A stretch of 64,000 nucleotides of DNA from Priapulus caudatus (taxonomy: Eukaryota). Positions 1-13,072 of this stretch are shown here, in pieces. The position numbers were made by a program, and so were the translations under genes. The stretch lies in the NCBI RefSeq assembly GCF_000485595.1, contig NW_014577063.1, positions 514,247 through 578,246 on the forward strand. The letters run 5' to 3'. Below the pieces are notes generated by a model. The model searched no databases. It was not told the DNA's origin and saw only the letters and a program-made list of their open reading frames with translations. Numbering within the stretch: the first letter of the stretch is position 1; every line of letters starts with the position of its first letter.

Positions 1-136
1 CATGCGATAGCACAATCCTATTCATAAGGTTGGATATGTTAAAATTAAACCTGGTGGCATATGAATAATTTTAATTACGTATGAAATACGCATATGAAAT
101 GTGAGTGTGCGTGTGCGTATGGGCGCGCGTGCGTGC

Positions 137-168
<32 letters not shown>

Positions 169-2456
169 ACATTCTAAATCGTGACGCGCCTGGATGTCAC
201 TGAGAATTGTTTGGGGGCCTGTGTATGGCGCGTGAGTGTTTTATCGCGTCAGTTTCTATTCTATATAGTCATGGTGGCGAATGCACATACGCGCCTGTGA
301 GTGTGCGAATGTTGTTGTCGTTGTCTACATTTTACAGTAACAATTATCTATCTGATGCGCAACTTTGGACACGAATCTTTTTCTAACTTCATCGTATAAT
401 ATCTGGGTGTATTCCTTAATTTTGCAACGTAGCGGAAGGTATTCTAACTACTATTACTATATACATTCAACGGATCAAGACTGCAAAATTCACGGGAGCA
501 ATTAAGTAGGTATATTATACCAGGAGCTAATAATGACAAAATTTGTCAAATTTGTTCAAAGTTGAAAATCGAGCAACCAAAGCAGACTGCATGGACGCAC
601 CGACGAGAATCCCACCAGGAATAATCATAATAGTATAGCACGGTTAGATCTTTTACCACAAAGGCGTTATCAACGCAACTTGACGTCTACACTGGCTAAC
701 CAAATAATGGTATCTATTATCTATTGTTGACATATGTAACATTTACAGTAGAGAGCACGTACCCAGTAGTTTAATACGAAAAATGCTATCTAAACGCTTA
801 ATTTGCACAATATTTAGGAGCATGGTTAGGCAAATAAAGATATACACAGGAGCTAGGCCACCTCTATGTAATCGCTTATGCGCACAATATTGCTAAACAA
901 GCACAGATAATAGACTATAAACACCAAAGTTCTATATGTGAGGGCGTGTGTATGGATTTCCCACGAGCCATCGGTCAATATTAGCCCCAGTCGCGCGTAT
1001 TTGATCGATTAAACCCTGTATATATGAACCCGCCTGATGGCGTCCAGTTTCGCAAGTCTCCAAATACGCGGCTAATGATTTTTGAGACTCCGAGAATCAT
1101 TTTCAATATGTGCATTGTCCGTAAAAATATTTTGCTGTAGGCGTTAACATTGGAAGTGTGACGAATCGAGTATCGTTGCGTGCACTCTCAACACACGTGC
1201 AATGACAACTTGACCCTTGGCATACTCACCAAGTGAGTACGTGATCTTCATACGTTCTGCTGCATGGCTTCGTGATATCGGGGCCCAATAAGTGCCGGAA
1301 GCATGCGAGTGCATGCATATATCGACGCACGTCGACAGAGATACTAAACGTTGACAGAAATATGGTTTCAGCGTGTGGGAAGCACGTTCAGTAGAAACTG
1401 GCACGCATCGCGGCGTTGTTGTATTCGAGTAACGGCAACTTCACACAGGGTCTCGGTCCGTAAAAATGTTGAGATACGGGCATGTTTTTTTTTAAACGGG
1501 GAAGTTAGATTAGATGAACTTTTTTCATAAAAGGTGAGCTATAAAATGAAAACTATCGTGATTTATTAAATAAAAGCTGTTAAATTTCTGAGGGACCTAT
1601 GCGCGCAGCAATCGAGCGCCTAACAGTGTTTCTTACACAAAGAATTGAAGTAGGAATTCTCCCGAGGAGGGCTGGGCCGAAAGTGGGCTTGCAGTCCTAA
1701 ATCCCTACGCTGAATCAATAGATGTTTCTATATATATTACCGAGCACAGGTTCACATTGACTTCTGGAGTGTAGGCATGCACTAATTAAAAGGTAATTTG
1801 AATACGCAAGGTTAGCGGTCATAATTTACAAACTATGTCTGGGCGAACATACCTAATCAGGGTTACAATAACGTGAGATACCAGTGTTCATGCACGTTTA
1901 GCAGTCCATGATATTCCCATTCAGGTGCATGATAACTTTAGTTTGAAAACAGCAAGTAAACTGGCTCGTGACAAGTTTTTCTCATTTTATTTGTACAAAA
2001 CTGGCACGAAATACGAACGTTCTGGAGCAGTATTCACTGCCTAGAGTGCGAGAAATTGCATTATTTCACACAGGGTGCTCAAACATTCCCCGGACAATAA
2101 CCCAAACCCCCTAGCGAAGAATCACATAAGCATAAGTTGGAAAGCAGTAATGGTGCAGCTTCATATTGGTGAACACGTACAAGAATATGTACAAAAATCC
2201 AAATTTTGTACATACTTAGTGATGCCTAGAATGCAGGAATTGATATTTCACAGCATTGCCACACACAAAAATTCTTCTCCAGAGAAAATACATACTGGAA
2301 TCTTCCACCGTTATCACGTGCACACTGTGTGGTACCAGCGCCTGCCCACTGTTAGCATTGTGATAATAACCTATATACAAAGGATCATATAAAAAATATA
2401 ACTATTCAAAGTTGCATAATGCTGTGTTGTAAAACGATAGCACAGAACGCACCATG

Positions 2457-5400
2457 TTACTTGTTAGATAACACGCCCTCGTTCATTATGCTAATCCAGT
2501 TAAAGCCCCTCAAAAACTCTCTTTCTATTTCTAGAGCTTTTCCATTAGGAAGATTACAGTAGCTGTTACAGTTCCGATCACATGCACGCGTGCTTTGAGC
2601 GCTGGTGGCTTGAATTAACCTTGCTGACATTCGCCACCGATTTTCCACCGAAAAATATTCTGACAAGGTCCTCGCATGTGGATTGCTATTCACTTGTAGT
2701 ACATGACTATCCCAGTCTGACTGCGATACTTCAACCGATTTGTTTTCTCCCAAACAGTGGCTAGCAGTGACTTCCATCTCCTCCTCTGCAGTTGTAAAAT
2801 CTGGTCCATCCCCATCTATCGGCAACCGCTGGGGAAGTAACCGATCATTCACAATTTTGCTCGGGTCCTGAGCGTCACTCGTTAGCCGCACGTCGTTACC
2901 ACAGTCGCCGCGGTGATTCTCAGCCGCCGCTGATGCTACCTTGTTTCGAAACGAGTCTCCGCCATCGACAGAACCGTTCTCCACCACGCTGTCGATGCTT
3001 TCGCAAACGAAACGCACGCCCTTCGCGTTGGACCTACGAACGACCTTCGTCGTACGTCGACGAGCGCGCTTGGCCGACGTTTGCCCGTTAGTGTGCCTGC
3101 AGGCTCCTATCTTCATGTACCTTTTGACGGACGGCGGCGTGGCAGCGACGACTTGCGGCCGCGTTTCCACGCGCACGAGTTTCCGAAAGCACGACATGTC
3201 GGCACGCCTATTCACATCCATCCCGAACATTCTGCGCGACAGGGACGGGGCCACGACTGGGATTATCGACGCTGGCCTAACGAGGGAAACAAATTCGCTC
3301 AGCTCGGCATATGACGAATGGTTCGAGTAGGGTACGAGGAACATGCTTTTGTTTTTGGTGTAGGCCTCCGAATCAAGACCGCAATAGCGAGCTGTTGGCA
3401 GTATTGCAATCGTCGGTGCGACTTTGTTCAGGGCAGCGACCATTTTACTTGTCACCTTCGAAAGGTGCCTAGCAGTAATGCGAGCTGGTTCCATAGTAAA
3501 GACATCTGGCACCTAGAGCAAAATAGCAAAAAACACTAAGGAGTCATTCACAATTATCAACATTTTCACAAGCGTACAAAGCGTACACTTTTTCGAGCCC
3601 CCCCCCCCCTAAAAGTGTACAAAGAAAAATGTTGATTTTTTTTCACACCATTCTACATAGAGATACATGTATATGAATTACATGCAAAACTGCCATCGTG
3701 CCGGTTGTTTACACTGCACTCGCTGCTAGCTAGCTAGCTCGATTTGTTCGTTCAGCAGGCCCGTGCGGGGCGCGGGCCGGCCGGGGCTCGGCGCGTCGCG
3801 GTGTGAGGATGCGCGTGATGCCGGTTGGGGGGCGCGGCGCGGGAAATGGATTGACATTTTTCGGAAATGCTGAAAGCGTACGACGGGCATTGATCCCTTC
3901 CCCCCCAGCGTACGGTTTGTACGCTTGTGAAAATGTTGATAATTGTGACCGAACGCCAACTAATAAATAAATACCCGTATATACACGTGTGTGTGTACGT
4001 GCATGCATGTGTGATTCCAGTATAATTGCAATTACCATGCTGTTGTCACTTAATAAGCCTTCTTTCAAAAAGGTTTTCCATCTGTTCACCATTTTATTAT
4101 TGAATTAACACTTTTAAGCCCTTCATCTCAAAGTATCAAACTCATTCTACAATGAGTTTTTACAATTGAAGTGATGCTTGTAATATGACAAAGAACATGG
4201 TTGAGCACACTTGAGCCAACCCACCTGTTGTAGTTCCAGTAATTCCATGTGGTTAGCCTCTATAGAGATGTACTCATTCAGTTCATTAGCAACGTGTACC
4301 AGAATATCTTCTTTGCCAACGTTGTCCACGGCTATCACAACCTAAGAATTGATAACCACAAACTCCGTTCAACAGTGATGTTCACATGGGAAATGAAGGG
4401 CACTACAGTGCAATAGTGTTAGATGAGCCTATAGTGGTAATGCAACACCCTTGTTAGTAGTAATGGCCTAGAAGAAGTTAACTCTGACAAAGCTTCCATT
4501 GAAAGAAATGCATAAACGTTCATGGTTATACGGAAAATTTAATATTTTACAATTAAAAAACTTACTAACTAATATCATTACTGGTAGACTCTACATCACA
4601 CTTATATACTAAATTCCTTCGTCAGATGCTATGCACAACTATACATGTAATAGCGACAGGAAATGCTACACTATTTTGTCCTGCTATCATTAATTATAAG
4701 TTAGTGTTTGTCATAAAATATTTATTCTCACGACAAACAAATGACTAGCCCAGACTAGTAACATGCTGCGTGACAACCGTTACTTATTGATGCAAGTTTG
4801 CCGTTGCCATCACAGAAACAAATATTCGATGCCATGTAATTTATATTATAGCCAGCTATGACAACCATGGTAGTATGTTGCCTGAATATTTCAGAATAAT
4901 CAACTCATTAGCTTAAGAACAGATAATTACACAAAATTTAATGAGCTCACAATTTAAAACTTCAGAATAGCCTATATGAACACAGGTAATATGGGATATT
5001 GCTAGTTACAATAAAATAATATTGATAATAATATCATAAATTCATTTACACCTAACATACCTCATGATCAGGGTGCTGTTGTATGATATCAATTATTTCT
5101 TCAATCGAAGCTTGTCGAGTAGGAAATACACATGCTGGATCGCAGTATGTGTTGTCCAGGTAAAGAATATCAATATCTCTCAGGTCTACATCATCAAGGA
5201 TTCCTGGCATATATCTAAAATCCCCTATACATTTAAATAAAATCATTACGAATGATTAAACTAGTTGAAGAGTCAACGTCTGCATGAATTAGGCATAAAT
5301 ATATGGCATTGAAATGCAACGATGAGAATTCAGTATTTAGATGTACTGAAGGTATGTTCAGCAAGACTGTGGGCATACACATTTAACACTTTACTTGTGA

Positions 5401-6208
5401 ACACGTAACACATAATCTTCGTAACTAATCATGAATGTACACAAGAAAGAGAATAATATACTATGAATAAGTATTATACTATATATCTGCTGTTACCAGT
5501 ATAGAGAATACGTCCAAAGTAGCCATCAAATAAAAACATCACAGCTCCTTGAATATGATTTGCTGGTATCACTGAAACTGTGAGCGTTTCAAGGCCTGCA
5601 TCGTCTATTGGGATAACGTAGCTTTCCTTGTCTTCAAGTGCGACGATAAGAGAGGACTTCACTCCAGTAATATGACAAAGAAGCCTAAAAATCAAAAGAC
5701 AAACACAATGTGCGTACTTATATTGGAAGTGCTACTAATGTACATAGTCATAAATGTTATTTATTAGCAAGCTTTACCCGACCGTAGACCTCGTATCTGA
5801 CAGACGGCTTCTTTTGTTAAGTTCTAAATTGCATAGATACTTCATATTATCATTAACTTAAATAGAATTGAAGTATAAATTTACGATTATCTAAACATTA
5901 TATATACATAGATTTAAACATGTGAACAACTTTTAAGGAAGATATTCTGTGTTCCGACATTTCCTGTGGTCCGGGACCTGTCAGGTTCCATAATCTAAAG
6001 CGTTTCAACCGTATTATGATAAAAGCCAGACTGGATCGTACTTGGCATTAAGCGCTGATGTATAAATTTTCCCTCTCCATGTTGAGTTCAGTCCACTGAT
6101 GTGATCAGAATGAACATGTGTGCAGAAATGGATGTAGTGATTCTGTCTTCCATTGACTCTCCAGTAATCAACAGCGATTGGTGTTCTGGGAATGATATGG
6201 CCGTTCAT
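2457..6208 (-). CDS. DCLRE1B: 5' exonuclease Apollo / SNM1B (metallo-beta-lactamase + beta-CASP). Exons 6208-6042, 5684-5497, 5224-5061, 4341-4225, 3512-2457; about 563 aa
   Basis: N-terminus [16 protein letters not shown] matches Apollo (human MNGVLIPHTPIAVDFW). Motifs: HxHxDH ([11 protein letters not shown]), [39 protein letters not shown]. All introns GT-AG with compatible phases (2,1,0,0). Confidence 0.93.
3540..3960. mobile_element. Degenerate MITE in the last DCLRE1B intron
   Basis: Inverted repeat cacaattatcaacattttcacaagcgtacaaa (~3549) / tttgtacgcttgtgaaaatgttgataattgtg (~3916-3947); TAA on both flanks. Confidence 0.55.
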
Positions 6209-6381
6209 TCTTGACCGTTGGTTTCTTTAAACCTGAAAGCTAATTGAAAAAATACATGCAGGATTGATTACAATTCTAACCCCGGATGTTCTAACTCTAA
6301 GTGACCCATGTGAAGACTATCCTCTCAATCATAAGGATACTACTACGATGAAGAATTATGTTACAGCTTTTTCAGTGTTTA

Positions 6382-6941
6382 TGACCATGTAACATTGAAA
6401 TTCTGAGAAATATCTATAAATCTTGATTTAATAACACCTTACCTTCGTCATAAAACTTGTCATGCATCATCAGCTTCTCAAACCTTTTATCACCCTTTAT
6501 CTTGTAAAAAATATTACGACATAAAATGTTCAAAACTTTTTCAGAACAGAAATTGTAAACTTTATTATTATTATATCTTTATTGGATGAATTCAGATACA
6601 AATACATGTACTGGCGACACAAACTTGTGATGTTTGCTATCTGCACAGAAACTGCAAACTTACATTCAAATCACTGCCACCTTTGCTGCCACTGACCAGT
6701 GATAGTTTATTGGAATTGGATGGTGAACAGCACAAGCAAAATAGAAACAAACATTAAATGTTTACAATTTCTGTTCTAACGAAGTTTTGCATATTTGATG
6801 TTGTGATATTTCTCCAAGATAAAAAGAGGGAAAAGGTGTTTAAGAAGCTGATAATGTAGTGCAAGCGTTTTGTGATGTAGGCAAGATGTTAATAAAGAGT
6901 GCTGCACAGATATTTTTTAGAATTTCAATGTTACATGGTCA
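6382..6941. mobile_element. Old foldback/MITE with ~180-bp degenerate inverted arms
   Basis: tgaccatgtaacattgaaattct at the left end and agaatttcaatgttacatggtca at the right end; arms stay alignable inward (cagaacagaaattgtaaac / gtttacaatttctgttct). Confidence 0.65.
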
Positions 6942-6989
6942 GAATCAGTAAAAAATGTCGCCCAATAATTCGCCTTTTTTATCCGTTCC

Positions 6990-7760
6990 TGGTCAAAAAC
7001 ATTGATAAGTTGGAAAAAGTTCAGAGAAGGGCAGTCAGGTTCGTATGTAGAGACTACCGGCGTAACAGTAGCGTTACTGAAATGCTAGGAACTCTGAATT
7101 GGCCTTCTCTTGCTCAGCGGCGGAGCGATCAGCACATAGCATTCATGAAGAAGATAATGTCTCCTTCAGTGGCGGTACTGTAACGTCTATTTTACATATG
7201 TTGTACAGATGTCACATTGGATTAGTAATCGTAGATAGATTGGTTGTACATAGGAGAAGGGTTGGGTGTTTAGCATACAGATGAGAAGTAGTTAGGTGGG
7301 GTTCTACACGGATGTTAGTTTACAGATGTTCACCATATGGTCTTCCCGCGCAATATTCGAATCAGGGAGAGAGTGGTGTGTGATTGGTGGGAGTAAGGAG
7401 TAGAACTGGGCTGTGATTGGACGAGAGAGTCATTTATAAAGGGTGGAAGGACGGTTGAACGGGAGAACTGTGGGACTGGAACGAGACAAGACGTGACTTG
7501 ACGAGCGACAGAATTGTTTGTAAACAATATATTCTTTTAGTGAACACAAATGCTATACGTCTTCTTGATTATTATACTTTAAACTGTAACATATAAACTA
7601 CGCTCTACAGTACCAGCAGATCAGTATACCAAACCTGGACCCCAGCGAACACGCAGTAAGAACAGTCAGAAACTTCAAACAGTGCGAGTCAACACCGAAG
7701 AGTTTCGCCATTCCTTCTTTCCGAGAACTATTCAACAGTGGAACCAGCGTACTGAGGCCG
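6990..7760 (+). mobile_element. 3' fragment of a non-LTR retrotransposon (CR1/L2-like ORF2 C-terminus), split by a solo LTR
   Basis: KNIDKLEKVQRRAVRFV...VTEMLGTLNWPSLAQRR before 7178; the frame resumes after 7609 as VPADQY...RHSFFPRTIQQWN. LExVQRRAxR and SFFPRTIxxWN are typical LINE RT C-terminal motifs. Confidence 0.85.
7179..7609 (+). mobile_element. Solo LTR (431 bp), probably Gypsy-type
   Basis: TGTA...TACA termini; 4-bp TSD GTAC (7175-7178 / 7610-7613); internal TTTATAAA and ATTGG boxes; removing it restores the LINE reading frame. Confidence 0.85.
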
Positions 7761-7826
7761 AGATAGACCTTATCTGTTCCACTGCCGCTGACGACAACAT
7801 CTAAGCGCACACTTCCCTGTGTTATT

Positions 7827-8039
7827 CACAGGCACTTGAAGCGTATCAACTGTAAACACACGCCGCCGCCATTGCGCGTACACTTACACATAAATATATA
7901 GTTATATTTATAACTACACTTACACTTACACTTACACTACGCACACACTTACACTTACACATTACTATATATTTATGTGTAAGTGTACGCGCAATGGCGG
8001 CGGCGTGTGTTTACAGTTGATACGCTTCAAGTGCCTGTG
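7827..8039. mobile_element. MITE with ~70-bp TIRs and 8-bp TSD (P/hAT-like)
   Basis: TIR cacaggcacttgaagcgtatcaactgtaaacacacgccgccgccattgcgcgtacacttacacataaatatatag; TSD GTGTTATT at 7819-7826 and 8040-8047. Confidence 0.9.
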
Positions 8040-8105
8040 GTGTTATTATCCACGTAACCGTGGGCTACGCAGTAAACTATCCAGATCCAGATCAGCGACA
8101 GTGAC

Positions 8106-9330
8106 GCTCATAGGGTCTATGTCCCCCAGGGTGCTGCCGAAACGTACCCTGGGTACGGTCCGGTATACCGGAACGTACCCTGGTCACTATTTGATACGGT
8201 TAGGGTTAGGGTTAGNNNNNNNNNNNNNNNNNNNNNNNNNNNNNNNNNNNNNNNNNNNNNNNNNNNNNNNNNNNNNNNNNNNNNNNNNNNNNNNNNNNNN
8301 NNNNNNNNNNNNNNNNNNNNNNNNNNNNNNNNNNNNNNNNNNNNNNNNNNNNNNNNNNNNNNNNNNNNNNNNNNNNNNNNNNNNNNNNNNNNNNNNNNNN
8401 NNNNNNNNNNNNNNNNNNNNNNNNNNNNNNNNNNNNNNNNNNNNNNNNNNNNNNNNNNNNNNNNNNNNNNNNNNNNNNNNNNNNNNNNNNNNNNNNNNNN
8501 NNNNNNNNNNNNNNNNNNNNNNNNNNNNNNNNNNNNNNNNNNNNNNNNNNNNNNNNNNNNNNNNNNNNNNNNNNNNNNNNNNNNNNNNNNNNNNNNNNNN
8601 NNNNNNNNNNNNNNNNNNNNNNNNNNNNNNNNNNNNNNNNNNNNNNNNNNNNNNNNNNNNNNNNNNNNNNNNNNNNNNNNNNNNNNNNNNNNNNNNNNNN
8701 NNNNNNNNNNNNNNNNNNNNNNNNNNNNNNNNNNNNNNNNNNNNNNNNNNNNNNNNNNNNNNNNNNNNNNNNNNNNNNNNNNNNNNNNNNNNNNNNNNNN
8801 NNNNNNNNNNNNNNNNNNNNNNNNNNNNNNNNNNNNNNNNNNNNNNNNNNNNNNNNNNNNNNNNNNNNNNNNNNNNNNNNNNNNNNNNNNNNNNNNNNNN
8901 NNNNNNNNNNNNNNNNNNNNNNNNNNNNNNNNNNNNNNNNNNNNNNNNNNNNNNNNNNNNNNNNNNNNNNNNNNNNNNNNNNNNNNNNNNNNNNNNNNNN
9001 NNNNNNNNNNNNNNNNNNNNNNNNNNNNNNNNNNNNNNNNNNNNNNNNNNNNNNNNNNNNNNNNNNNNNNNNNNNNNNNNNNNNNNNNNNNNNNNNNNNN
9101 NNNNNNNNNNNNNNNNNNNNNNNNNNNNNNNNNNNNNNNNNNNNNNNNNNNNNNNNNNNNNNNNNNNNNNNNNNNNNNNNNNNNNNNNNNNNNNNNNTAT
9201 ATATAATATATAATATATATAGGGTTAGGGTTAGGGTTAGGGTTAGGATTAGGGTTAGGGTTAGGGTTAGTCAGAAATAGCTAAACGAGCGAGGTCAAAC
9301 AGAGGTCAGGGGGACATAGACCCTACGAGC
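8106..9330. mobile_element. Mutator-like non-autonomous element containing (TTAGGG)n; spans an N-gap
   Basis: TIR gctcatagggtctatgtccccc / gggggacatagaccctacgagc; 9-bp TSD GACAGTGAC (8097-8105 / 9331-9339); TTAGGG repeats on both sides of the gap. Confidence 0.75.
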
Positions 9331-9345
9331 GACAGTGACAGTCAC

Positions 9346-9540
9346 GGGTAAGACTAATCCCCGGGCACTCTGTGAGGGTGAGCCCACAGTGTAGGGGTGG
9401 TCGGGTAGGGTAGAGTCGGGTAGGGTAGGCCTAACCCTAACCCTAATCCTAAACCTAACCTAAACCTAACCATACCCTACCCGACCACCCCTACATTGTG
9501 GGCTCGCCCTCACAGAGTGCCCGGGGGATTAGTCTTTTCC
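9346..9540. mobile_element. Mutator-like MITE with a CCCTAA-like core
   Basis: ~65-bp TIRs (gggtaagactaatcccc... / ...ggggattagtcttttcc); 9-bp TSD GACAGTCAC (9337-9345 / 9541-9549). Confidence 0.88.
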
Positions 9541-9571
9541 GACAGTCACAGACACAGACTACAGTGTCAGT

Positions 9572-9700
9572 GTAATACTAATAGTAATACTAATAGTAAT
9601 AGCTAATACTAATAGTAATAGTAATACTAATACTAGTAATACTAATACTAGTAATACTAATAGTAATAATACTAATACTAGTAATACTAATAGTAATACT
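9572..9700. repeat. (TAATAC/TAATAG)n simple repeat
   Basis: Directly visible tandem repeat. Confidence 0.9.
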
Positions 9701-10151
9701 GTATTTCTATATTACTTAAACTAATACTTATTAGTATAAATTAATTGTTGCGACACACTAGTGCCAGACAGTCACAGTAAGGGCCATAGTATTACAGCTA
9801 ACATTACCCTAGCTCTACGATCTTATGACGTTGAATTACATGTACAGATGAATTATAGATCATGTGAACGCAGTCGTAACTTGAAACATCAACAGATTGA
9901 AGTTGAACCTTCCCTTTCAAAAAGCGTTTACCGCCATCTATTAATAATGTTATATTTTTACGTCCACGAATTCTTTTATTTTATCAATTTATTAAGTAGT
10001 GTTTTCTGCTATGGATTATATTAATGTCTCTAATTTTGCTGTAATCACAAAAAACTTACCATATATGATATTATGCAAGAAAACAATAATACTGTAAGTA
10101 AGTGAATAATTCGAAATCATGATGCAAGAGGGCAGGGCAAGTGAATTAGAA

Positions 10152-13072
10152 ATGGCCGCCCCTATAGTTAACAGAAACTTTCTTCAAGTTATAAGTAAAT
10201 TGGCCGTTTTACCGAAGTACCATGCGAGGACTGTCTCGCAGAAGCAATTTTATTGTTGCGCAGCAAATATAGATTGGCGAATCCGATATAAAATCGTCGG
10301 CAATGACCTTAGTGGACATTGTGCACAAAATATTAGAAACTTCTCTCGGTCTTTGTCAACTATAACAACACCAAACAACAACATGGCAATAACAATAACG
10401 AATTACTTTGTTCATTGTCGAGACAAAAGTAGGCCTAACCATATCCAAGATCAGCGACGTTATTACTGCTCTCCAGAGGAAAGTGACAAGCAGCATGTGA
10501 CAAAAAGTGAACATATTCCTATGAAACTCATGGATGTTGATGATATTGTTTGGCCAAATTTGTGGAAAACAATAAAAAATCAAATTTACTACAAACTTGT
10601 GCAAATATATTTTGATAACAAGTTTTCTATCACGGAGTTTACAGATGGAACAAAGCAGGTTAATGTCATGTAATACCGAAGATATTTATCTGAGCATGAG
10701 AATCACGTTTTGTTTTGATGTTTGGCAGAAATGTTTCTTTCAGAGTTTCGCCGGAAATTGCCGATTGTGGATATTTTTAATTATGTGTTGCGTGTTGTTG
10801 AGCCTTGAGGTGATCTAAATCAGCAATTATTATTGGAACCAGTAGAGAAGGTGGCAGAAGGAGAGGGGGAAAGTGGGAGGGAGGAGTGAAAGGAAATGAG
10901 TTCTAGGTATGGAAGGAGGGAAGTAATTGAAAGATGTAGAGAGAATAAAGGAGAATAAGCGGAAGGTGGCAGCAGTAGAAAGGGGAGGAAAACAGAAATG
11001 GTAGATGTGTGGAGGTAGAAGAGGGTAGAAGTTCAAAGAAGTAGAAGGAAATAAGGTAAAAGGAAGACTAATGGTGGCAGAGAAAGGTAAAGAAGGTGGG
11101 GGAGGCAGAGAGGCAATAAAATCTATAGGGGAAGGAAGGTAGAGTAGTAGATGATGGTATAAGAGAAAGACGATAGAGAAGCACAGAGGCTGGAGTAGTC
11201 GAGCTTCTCATCTCCTCTACCTAATGTCTTCCCTTGCTATTCATTCCCACTCCACCGCCATTCCATAATCTACTTTCTCCCCTCTACCCCTTTCTCATAT
11301 TTTACCTCCACATTCTACCCTTGTCTGCTGTCTATAATTTTATATTTTTATAATTGCAAAATTGAATAAATTTTAATTTGGTAAACGTGTATAACAGTTT
11401 TTTTTATTTGTTGCTCTTTTTTGTAAAGCCATACTTGACAGGTCTGATAGTTCAATATTAAAAATTTGCATATTTGCACTTGATAAATTTGATATTTAAA
11501 CACATTATAAAGTATGGAATGACTTAATATTTTGCAGGCATTTTCGTATGTTTCCAACTTGCTCTCAGATGGAAAGTTTGATGAATTGGAGGATGAAAAA
11601 CTTGTGACTGGAGAGGTTAGTAGAGCTATTTATGATTCTAACTGTTAGTGTTACTCATATTAAACACTGCTGTAATAATAATGCACCCGACTGCACAAAA
11701 GTGGTCTTGTATAACACAGTAGTGCTACTCCTAGAATAAATCTCAATAGACCGAAGCAGTGGAAGACTAATAACTTGGGATCAGTCTAGACCAGAAAATA
11801 GTTTACAGTATTCGAAATAAAGGCTATCCGTTTGTCCTCACTTGTCCATTTCCACGGAGGACAAGTAGATCTGTCCAGTAGCCTGTCTGACCCGTTTTCT
11901 TAGAGTAGCCATTAATGCAGGATATTTAGGTAAGAATTTGTGGTTCTCCTCACAAGTTTTAATTCACTATATGATCCATCCATTTGTTTTCAGGCCCTTA
12001 GAGAGGTGAGGTGGAACTATAATAAGTTGGATTTAAAGCAGAAGATGCTTCTAGCAGTTCCCACCTCTGACATCTATTTTGCCTTTCCTTACGAGGTTGA
12101 AATAATATATGATGAAGAAAAGGGTTTGTATTGTCTTCTGTATACCCCATTGCAACTAAGGCCAAAACATAATATAGGTGTGGTTACCGTTTCCCGACCG
12201 ACTCTATTTATTCCCAGCGACCCTAAACATTTTATTGTCAATTTTCTTTAAAGTAAAAAATAAAAAATAAAAATATGAATTGGACAGTTCCTGTTTCAAA
12301 AGGCACAACGCACATACTTCGGACATGGTTCGTAAATAAAATGTTTCAATAAAATAAAATGTTTTTCCTACCTACCTACCCTATTTTTTTCGGCATGAAA
12401 CGGTAACCACACCTATATTTTGTTTTGGCCTAATCTGTGATTTAGTGATGCCAAATAAAAAAATCTCACATTTGCATGGGTAGTATCTAGAAATATAATA
12501 ATTGCAATTTCCTTTCCTTTTCCTAATCCTTACAATATACTATCTTCACATCTTCACGCAGGAAAGAAGTTTCTAGAGATTATGATGGTGTTCCACTGCT
12601 TCAAAGGATTAGATACTTTCAAAAAGAGCAGTGAAGCCACCTTTAATGAGCTGCAGCAAAACAAATCTAATATAACAATAGCAAATTACAGGTAAGTGTC
12701 ACATCCCATTTATAAAAATGCTACGTATTGATCTATACACTCTTATGTCACAACAACAATGTCGTGCGTTGAATTAACATTTTTTAGGGAATTCACTGTC
12801 ATAAGATTACTTTCATAATTTACTGTCATAAGATACTTATAATCCTCCAAGAATTACGAAGTGTTTCTTTTTCTGGCCAATTATGTGTGAATGTCTATAA
12901 TGTGCCCGGTCTGCATTTGAGCAGCGTCATTATTTCACGTAATTTCGGATTAATTCGATCACATTTCAGATTTATTCGAGAGTACACAAAGGGAGTGAAT
13001 GGCAACTGGACAATTAACGTGCTAAATCACATCAGGCCGATAGAGCATGAGGATGAGAAATCATCCAGCTGA
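10152..13072 (+). CDS. MAIP1: m-AAA protease-interacting protein 1, mitochondrial (C2orf47). Exons 10152-10658, 11538-11615, 11994-12123, 12562-12691, 12970-13072
   Basis: Spliced protein reads ...YFDNKFSITEFTDGTKQ|AFSYVSNLLSDGKFDEL...IIYDEEK|GKKFLEIMMVFH...ANYR|FIREYTKGVNGNWTINVLNH, matching human YFDKEFSITEFSEGAKQAFAHVSKLLS...FQREFTQGVKPDWTI. Basic N-terminal transit-peptide-like region starting MAAP (an upstream in-frame ATG exists at 10119). Splice phases 0,0,1,2 are consistent. Confidence 0.9.
12160..12430. mobile_element. MITE with TAA TSD (PIF/Harbinger-like) in MAIP1 intron 3
   Basis: TIR ggccaaaacataatataggtgtggttaccgtttc / gaaacggtaaccacacctatattttgttttggcc; flanking TAA. Confidence 0.85.

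Noticed and set aside
2457..2700. TRF2-binding YxLxP motif in the Apollo C-terminus
   Set aside because: The nearest match, YCNLP, does not fit the spacing; no claim made
8198..9270. Chromosome end or telomere fusion suggested by (TTAGGG)n
   Set aside because: The repeats are enclosed by TIRs and a 9-bp TSD, and genes continue on both sides
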